This document shows, piece by piece, positions 58,217 through 64,000 of a stretch of 64,000 bases of DNA (position 1 is the stretch's first letter; each line of letters starts with the position of its first letter). Origin of the DNA: a virus; the IMG/VR virus record IMGVR_UViG_3300043028_000007, positions 3,899 through 67,898 of that record; one strand, 5' to 3'. Under the pieces are notes generated by a model. It was not told where the DNA came from. It did not search any database and saw nothing but the letters and a program-made list of their open reading frames with translations. Position numbers and translations under genes: made by a program.

Positions 58217-58939
58217 TCAATATTGGTGTAGTTGTATTATATCATTTAGAGACAACTCGTTCTGTATTATGGCTAATATGATACCAAAATCATTATCACA
58301 ACGATTTTTATGTAGGCTTTCTATATTACCAATTCCTATAAGACTATTAATGAGTTTATTAAGGACTCGTATATATTCTTCGAACTTATTGTTGTGAATA
58401 GACTCATTTAAAACTATTGTGATATCGTCCCCAGTTAAGATAGTTTTCCAAGTTTGTAAATATTTAACATATAAAACAAATAAATTTCTATTCATCTGAG
58501 GATCTATTGGTTTAGGTCTAACTAGATGAGAATAAAATAGTCTATCATAAATATCTTGTATATATCTTATTTTTTCTTCATTAGAAAGAGATGGGTTATT
58601 TCTCCAAGGAATAAGATAGTTAGATAGAATATATTCCATATCGTCTTTATTGGGCATATACAGCAACATAGCTCTATTATTTAGAAGATTATCGATACTT
58701 CCGATTATCTCATTAAAAACATACTTATAATTATATCTAATTTTAGACTTAATACCAGCTATATAAAGTTTCTTGTTTCGCATAAATAAGTTTTCTACAT
58801 ATGGCTTATGTCGTATATCTAGAACTGATTTATCGTAACCATTTAACAGTAAACAAGTAGCGATGTCTCTGGAATCGATATTATCTATCTTAACATGATC
58901 ATGTATATTTACAATTCGTTTAATATATGCCTTATCCAT
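58217..58939 (-). CDS. Hypothetical protein in the head-protein operon
   Basis: 240-aa ORF abutting the upstream stop. Confidence 0.7.
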   Translation of the reverse strand: MDKAYIKRIVNIHDHVKIDNIDSRDIATCLLLNGYDKSVLDIRHKPYVENLFMRNKKLYIAGIKSKIRYNYKYVFNEIIGSIDNLLNNRAMLLYMPNKDDMEYILSNYLIPWRNNPSLSNEEKIRYIQDIYDRLFYSHLVRPKPIDPQMNRNLFVLYVKYLQTWKTILTGDDITIVLNESIHNNKFEEYIRVLNKLINSLIGIGNIESLHKNRCDNDFGIILAIIQNELSLNDIIQLHQY

Positions 58940-58940
58940 A

Positions 58941-59909
58941 TCATTCTCCGAGGTACTTGTTTATTTTTCTATCTATCTTAGTAAGCTCATCGTCCCAATA
59001 TTCAGTTATCTTTTTCTTTCTCATATACTCTTCACTATTAGGATCCATGTTACCTAATTCCAACTTAAGAATAGCGTTGTGTTGTTCCATCCATTCTTTA
59101 AGGCGTTCGTTTTTAAGATAACGGTTATGTCTCCAGTCATCGAAAGTTTCTCCTATCCATGAAAAGATGTTAAAGAAAAAACTACCGAATCCAAAATGTA
59201 CTAGAGTAGCAGAACTAAAATCGGATGGTCTTACATAAGTATCTACTGTTTGATCGGACGAACTATCATAAAGCTTTAAGTTAACGTCCCTCTTTTTCAT
59301 CTGATCTATCTCAGGGATAAAATAATATCTACCAGTTTTGTTATTTATGGTGTTTAATATACGGATATAATCGTCTCTATGAGCCATTAGATAATCTACT
59401 CTATATTTGGGAACATTATCCAGACTAACCAATTGACTCCACATATATGTAGTATAGGTTCCAAATAGCTCAGATTCTCTCAATATACCCAATATCGCTA
59501 CATGGCTAAGTCTGCAGTTAAATAGGTTGATATTATCTTGACCTACTAAATCATCGATATGTTTTTTAAGTTCTTCCAAGATTTTAATGAACTTACTATT
59601 AACACTCATTACGATACTCATTCTACTAGATAACTCATCTGATCTAGCTGATCCAGTAAGTTTAGAAGCATATCCCAATGGTATCTCTTTTGAAGGTAGT
59701 TTAGAGAACTGTGTATTTTTACTATATCTATTGAATACCTCATTTAGTTCTGATTTAGAGAATGAGGTTTTTATCATATTAATAGCTTCGTGTGATTTCA
59801 TATTGGTATCTATTATATCTAATAGATCAGATTTAGATAAACTCTTCATTTTGCCTGAAGACATTATCTGTTTCTTCAATAGACTTCCCATAGCTTGAAA
59901 AATTGACAT
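58941..59909 (-). CDS. Head structural protein (phiKZ gp90-like)
   Basis: 322 aa. Ending RHNRY...KEWME...LKL...DPNSEEY..KKKI.EY.D..L.KIDRKI..Y. Synteny with gp89/88/87-like genes. Confidence 0.65.
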   Translation of the reverse strand: MSIFQAMGSLLKKQIMSSGKMKSLSKSDLLDIIDTNMKSHEAINMIKTSFSKSELNEVFNRYSKNTQFSKLPSKEIPLGYASKLTGSARSDELSSRMSIVMSVNSKFIKILEELKKHIDDLVGQDNINLFNCRLSHVAILGILRESELFGTYTTYMWSQLVSLDNVPKYRVDYLMAHRDDYIRILNTINNKTGRYYFIPEIDQMKKRDVNLKLYDSSSDQTVDTYVRPSDFSSATLVHFGFGSFFFNIFSWIGETFDDWRHNRYLKNERLKEWMEQHNAILKLELGNMDPNSEEYMRKKKITEYWDDELTKIDRKINKYLGE

Positions 59910-59936
59910 TATCCTTACCTTTCTGTTGAATAAAAT

Positions 59937-61064
59937 TTAAAATGTTACTGGGCGGTTCTGAGACATCTGTGACATTACGGCCATAAGGTTTAAAGTATCT
60001 TTCTTAGAAGCAGCCATGAGTTGATTGAAAGTATATTCGCCTTTATGTTCAATTCCATTGAAGAATGTTTCGACTATACTGTAATTTTGATCTATAGTTA
60101 CAATAGCCATGGAATAGGATTTTTCAAAATATACTTGCCTATCTTTATATCTGTCGAAATTGAACCCAAGATGGTTAGTAGTTCTATCGAATGTCTGTTT
60201 GTCATAAATAGCGATAGTATTAGCTATATTTTGTTTATTAGGCTTGATTCTAAGGAGCTTCATCCATTGATTAGCTATAGCGTTTTTAGTCGAAGCTAAC
60301 ATAGTCTGCAAATCACCACCTCTATCTCGTTTCAATGCTTCTCTTCTTTTCTTAAGTAGGTCCATTTGAAAAAGGAAATCTTTAAAGAAGGTTATTTCTT
60401 TAGCTTTCATCATCATCCATCTAGTCTGTAAATCTCTTGATAGGTTAAGTGAAAGAAATTGTTCTGCAACTTCATTAGCTATTATTCTTGGAGTTAAAGT
60501 AATATGTAATGGTACAGTAAAAGTAACAGAACTATCATGAGGAGAACTGACTCTTACACTAAGTATACGTCCATTAGGAAATGGTTTATCGACCCTATAT
60601 TCTATTGGACCGGCCATAGATATGTTTTGGTTACTATTATTACGATCTGTAGTTTTAGGAATATCGTCTAAATCCAACATGATTGAGTTTCTAGAGTATT
60701 TATTCGTAATATATTTTCTATTCATTCTACTCGTATTGAATGAAGCAGAGAAATCGCTTTTGATATTATTCTCATCGATATAATGAAAATCTTCTGTAGC
60801 TACTGTTTCGATATAGTCTCTTATGGTAGTAGTATCGGAAATATAGGTATTTAATTCAAGGGCACTTAATATATATCCTGTATAGAGGTCTAACATAGTT
60901 TTAACTACATCGCCTACAATAGCATTATCTGATATTTCTTTTTGTATATAGATAGCACTATCTATTCTAGATTTCTTAGTATATTGAGGAAGGCTGGTAG
61001 ACTTTATATCATCGAAGGTTCTTACCAGATTAACCAAATTCTGAATACTTTCATTATTTGCCAT
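59937..61064 (-). CDS. Head structural protein (phiKZ gp89-like)
   Basis: 375 aa. Motifs SLPQYTK.SRIDS and KAKEITFFKDFLFQMDL. Processing-like site ATEDF. Confidence 0.65.
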   Translation of the reverse strand: MANNESIQNLVNLVRTFDDIKSTSLPQYTKKSRIDSAIYIQKEISDNAIVGDVVKTMLDLYTGYILSALELNTYISDTTTIRDYIETVATEDFHYIDENNIKSDFSASFNTSRMNRKYITNKYSRNSIMLDLDDIPKTTDRNNSNQNISMAGPIEYRVDKPFPNGRILSVRVSSPHDSSVTFTVPLHITLTPRIIANEVAEQFLSLNLSRDLQTRWMMMKAKEITFFKDFLFQMDLLKKRREALKRDRGGDLQTMLASTKNAIANQWMKLLRIKPNKQNIANTIAIYDKQTFDRTTNHLGFNFDRYKDRQVYFEKSYSMAIVTIDQNYSIVETFFNGIEHKGEYTFNQLMAASKKDTLNLMAVMSQMSQNRPVTF

Positions 61065-61191
61065 TATAAATTCTCCATATTCTTATGTGTGTATTTGTTA
61101 GTAGATTATAAAATAAGTCCATATGTAATTATTTATACTGCATCTCCCTCATTATATAAAATTGTTACTATATATGAAGGAAATGAACAAT

Positions 61192-62319
61192 ATGACGCAA
61201 ATTACATACAACGATATTAGACCAACGATACCTAAGTCTACCATAAGATCTCTATATAAAACTATAAATGAAAACGTATCTAGAGCAAGTGGGTATGGTA
61301 GTTATTATGGTAAGTTCTCATCTGTATTAAAAAATTTAGATCGAATGAAACTGAATAATTTGCCTACTAATGATGTTTTACCTGGATATACTTTCATTAC
61401 TAGACCTAAACTGAATTTGACTACTACTGCTATAAGACACAATAGAGTATTATCTATGCTGGATACAGATAATCCAGATAGCATACAGTTTATGATAAGG
61501 TGTTTATTAGATACTACATATGCTAAACGATCGGATATAATAGATAAAGTAATACGAAGCCCTTTTTTAAATCACAATAGCCCGTTTCTCACACCTCTAT
61601 GCAACAGCTTAGTAGCTTCAGGAGGTTGGCCAACTCCTGTATTAGAAGTAGAAACTACCCCAAGTGGGTTTTATGGTGAAGATATGACATATGCTGGAGG
61701 AACTGATAAATTAAGCAAAACATATGATCTAGATCTTACTTTTAGAGAAATGCCAGGCGGCATCGTTATGTCTCTATTGCATACTTGGTTTTTATGCATG
61801 GATCTATTGGCTTCGGGATATTTGACTCCTTATCCTAAATATATATATGAAGGTAAAATGTGTTATGATGTATCTATATATAGATTTATATTAGATCCTA
61901 GTAGAAGATCCATAATGGCATGGGCAAGAGCTACTGGTTGTTTTCCCAAGTCTATTCCAATAGGAGCTATATTTGATGAAAACGAATCTGAGTTTTATGT
62001 TTCATCTATGCAAAAATATAGCGTTCCTTTTGTAGCCAATAAAGTAGAATACAACGACCCAATCTTATTATTAGAATTTAACATGTTAATGGAAAGATAT
62101 TTTCCAAGACTAAGAAATGTAAAAGGAGATTTAGGTCTAATGAATGTTAGAGACCGAGGTAATACTAACTATATAGGGTTACCATATATAGATCTAGAAG
62201 GCGGTAATAATGAGATTAATTTCTATGCTACTGAAGCCGAGTTATATGACCCATCAGCTGACATATTGAATGGTTTAATAAACAATATAAGAGAAGCTGA
62301 AAAACTAACAGGAGACTAA
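61192..62319 (+). CDS. Virion structural/baseplate protein (phiKZ gp88-like)
   Basis: Motifs GYTFITRPKLNLT, FLTPLCNSL..SGGWP and IYRFILDPSRR. Likely ATG at 61192 (the track starts at TTG 61162). Confidence 0.7.
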   Translation: MTQITYNDIRPTIPKSTIRSLYKTINENVSRASGYGSYYGKFSSVLKNLDRMKLNNLPTNDVLPGYTFITRPKLNLTTTAIRHNRVLSMLDTDNPDSIQFMIRCLLDTTYAKRSDIIDKVIRSPFLNHNSPFLTPLCNSLVASGGWPTPVLEVETTPSGFYGEDMTYAGGTDKLSKTYDLDLTFREMPGGIVMSLLHTWFLCMDLLASGYLTPYPKYIYEGKMCYDVSIYRFILDPSRRSIMAWARATGCFPKSIPIGAIFDENESEFYVSSMQKYSVPFVANKVEYNDPILLLEFNMLMERYFPRLRNVKGDLGLMNVRDRGNTNYIGLPYIDLEGGNNEINFYATEAELYDPSADILNGLINNIREAEKLTGD

Positions 62320-62323
62320 TAAG

Positions 62324-64000
62324 ATGTTTAATGAAGATAATTTGACTACAGACTTTTTCAAAAATCCAATGATGATACAGCGGAAAGTCTTAGAAGAACA
62401 TCAGAATAGATTAAATGGGGAATATGCGATAGCTGACCCCAATAATTCTTTTATGTATTTATTGGAAGCTAGTTCACAAATGACAGCCGATTCAATGAGA
62501 TTATTAGAAAAGTCATTAGCTAGTATTTATCCTAATAGAGCTACTTCTATGGAAGAACTATATGGACATATGTCAGATTTTGTGTCAGTCGCTATAAATA
62601 ATACTCCAGCAGAACTATCTGAGTTTAGTATAATTTTCGATAAAGAATATCTTATTGAAAACGCAGTCAAGTACGATGAGAACTACAATAAGATAACCAT
62701 ACCAAAAGATACTGTCATATCTATTGGTAAATATAAAATGAGCCTATATTACCCAATAGATATACTAATCAATAGAAGAACAAATAGTATCAACGTTACT
62801 TACGATACTAGTTCAGATAATCCATTAAAAGTTCTTAATTACAATGTAGTAGATACAAGACAATATCAGTTCCAATCTCTTAAAGTCTTGGACATAACTT
62901 TTCCTATATATCAGTTTATTAAAAAGACTTATAATGAAGAAATAATACTAGCTCAAGGATTTAACAAATACTACGATTACGAAGATAAATATTATGCTAT
63001 TAGAGTATTTGATCGAACTAACAATACAGAGCTTAGAGTAACTTACTCGAATAATATTTATGATTATTTTGTACCGACAGCAGTCGTTTCAGTAATACCT
63101 GAAAGACAGAAGCTGTTAGTTCATATACCACAGATGTATTTATATCAAAATATGGTAGGTACTGATATAGAAATAGAAATATATACAACAAGAGGGAAAC
63201 TGAGTGTTGATATATCCGAAATAGATGAAACTGAAATCAATATAAATTTTGGATTAGATAGGAAATCTACTACTACATACAGTTCCATATTGAATACTAT
63301 ACCAACAATGATACTTAGACCTATATCCAATCGTATAGAAGGTGGTTCCGATAGTCTGTCTTTTGAAGAGATACGGTCTGGAATAGTTAACGATACGCTA
63401 TATAAGCAAGTTCCTATAACACAATTAGCTCTAGAAAAGTATTTTAATGATGAAGGATTTTCTGTAAAAAAGATAAAGGACAATATAACTGATAGGACAT
63501 TGGTAGCATATAGGCCTCTTAAAAATACGAAAGACAAAATGTTACCAACTATATTTACCGACATTAAGTTAACCAAAGAAAATATAGTAGATATATCAAG
63601 TATAAAGTTACAAACAGATGAGTCTATAACTATATTACCTACTACTATATACGAATACAACCCCAATACAGATATATGTAAACCAATATCAGATATAGAA
63701 AAAGAAGAACTACTGTCTTTAGATAAATTAAGCTTTTGTGATAAACTAAATCGCTATTATTATACTAAGTCACCTTTCCATATGACTATATTTACTAGGG
63801 ATAGATATCCCGAATTGAGGGTGTTCGATTTAAATAATCCGACTTTAACTGATCTTACGTTTATAAAAGATAATCCAACTACAAGTATACAGATGGTGAT
63901 AGCGGCTTGTACTATAAGGCATCTAGATGAAGGTTCGGGTGGATATCTAATTCGATTAGGTATGACTAAGAGCGACGAATTAAAATCTGTGCTAGAAGAA
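62324..64000 (+). CDS. Baseplate wedge-like structural protein (phiKZ gp87-like), truncated by the window end
   Basis: Manual translation MFNEDNLTTDFFKNPMMIQRKVLEE...IADPNNSFMYLLEASS...IYPNRATSMEELYGHMSDF. Absent from the track because it runs off the window. Confidence 0.75.
   Translation, partial: MFNEDNLTTDFFKNPMMIQRKVLEEHQNRLNGEYAIADPNNSFMYLLEASSQMTADSMRLLEKSLASIYPNRATSMEELYGHMSDFVSVAINNTPAELSEFSIIFDKEYLIENAVKYDENYNKITIPKDTVISIGKYKMSLYYPIDILINRRTNSINVTYDTSSDNPLKVLNYNVVDTRQYQFQSLKVLDITFPIYQFIKKTYNEEIILAQGFNKYYDYEDKYYAIRVFDRTNNTELRVTYSNNIYDYFVPTAVVSVIPERQKLLVHIPQMYLYQNMVGTDIEIEIYTTRGKLSVDISEIDETEININFGLDRKSTTTYSSILNTIPTMILRPISNRIEGGSDSLSFEEIRSGIVNDTLYKQVPITQLALEKYFNDEGFSVKKIKDNITDRTLVAYRPLKNTKDKMLPTIFTDIKLTKENIVDISSIKLQTDESITILPTTIYEYNPNTDICKPISDIEKEELLSLDKLSFCDKLNRYYYTKSPFHMTIFTRDRYPELRVFDLNNPTLTDLTFIKDNPTTSIQMVIAACTIRHLDEGSGGYLIRLGMTKSDELKSVLEE

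Noticed and set aside
168-63666. About 45 short ORFs in the track lying antisense to or nested in longer genes (e.g. 168-488, 4877-5191, 19619-20107, 54646-55068, 55666-56112, 63145-63666)
   Set aside because: They are shadow frames of well-supported genes, lack RBSs and have the Ser/Ile/Leu/Phe-rich composition expected of antisense AT-rich coding DNA.
1-64000. CRISPR arrays, tRNA/rRNA genes, IS elements, integrases, inteins and homing endonucleases
   Set aside because: No regularly spaced direct repeats, cloverleaf signatures, transposase/integrase motifs or intein/HNH/GIY-YIG/LAGLIDADG motifs were seen. Core genes have expected lengths.

Overview
AT-rich (about 30% GC by eye), densely coding 64 kb segment of a phiKZ-related jumbo myophage. 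Recognisable core genes: tail sheath and tube, portal, baseplate and head proteins, three split multisubunit RNA polymerase pieces (non-virion beta N-terminal, virion beta C-terminal, virion beta-prime C-terminal), a family B DNA polymerase subunit, a two-subunit type IIA topoisomerase (GyrB/GyrA-like), a divergent GroEL-like chaperonin, dCMP deaminase, a ThyX-like protein, and an M15 peptidase with a holin-like neighbour. phiKZ gp numbers are from recalled family features and gene order, not from a database search. Transcription units are bounded by long perfect hairpins. Eight copies of a phiKZ-type early promoter (minus-strand ATTTAAAATATATATTA[C/T]) all point leftwards. Main leads: (1) a ~500-nt hairpin-dense region at 51795-52295 with its own early promoter and terminator, a candidate large structured phage ncRNA; (2) a three-gene module (secreted substrate-binding protein, membrane coiled-coil protein, membrane-anchored tandem-PAS protein with no output domain) that looks like a phage-encoded sensory system; (3) a candidate programmed -1 frameshift (T TTT TTC, 49094-49100) joining two probable tail-assembly genes, plus two more one-base frame breaks in fibre-like genes that may be phase variation or assembly errors. 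No tRNA, rRNA, CRISPR array or mobile element was recognised.
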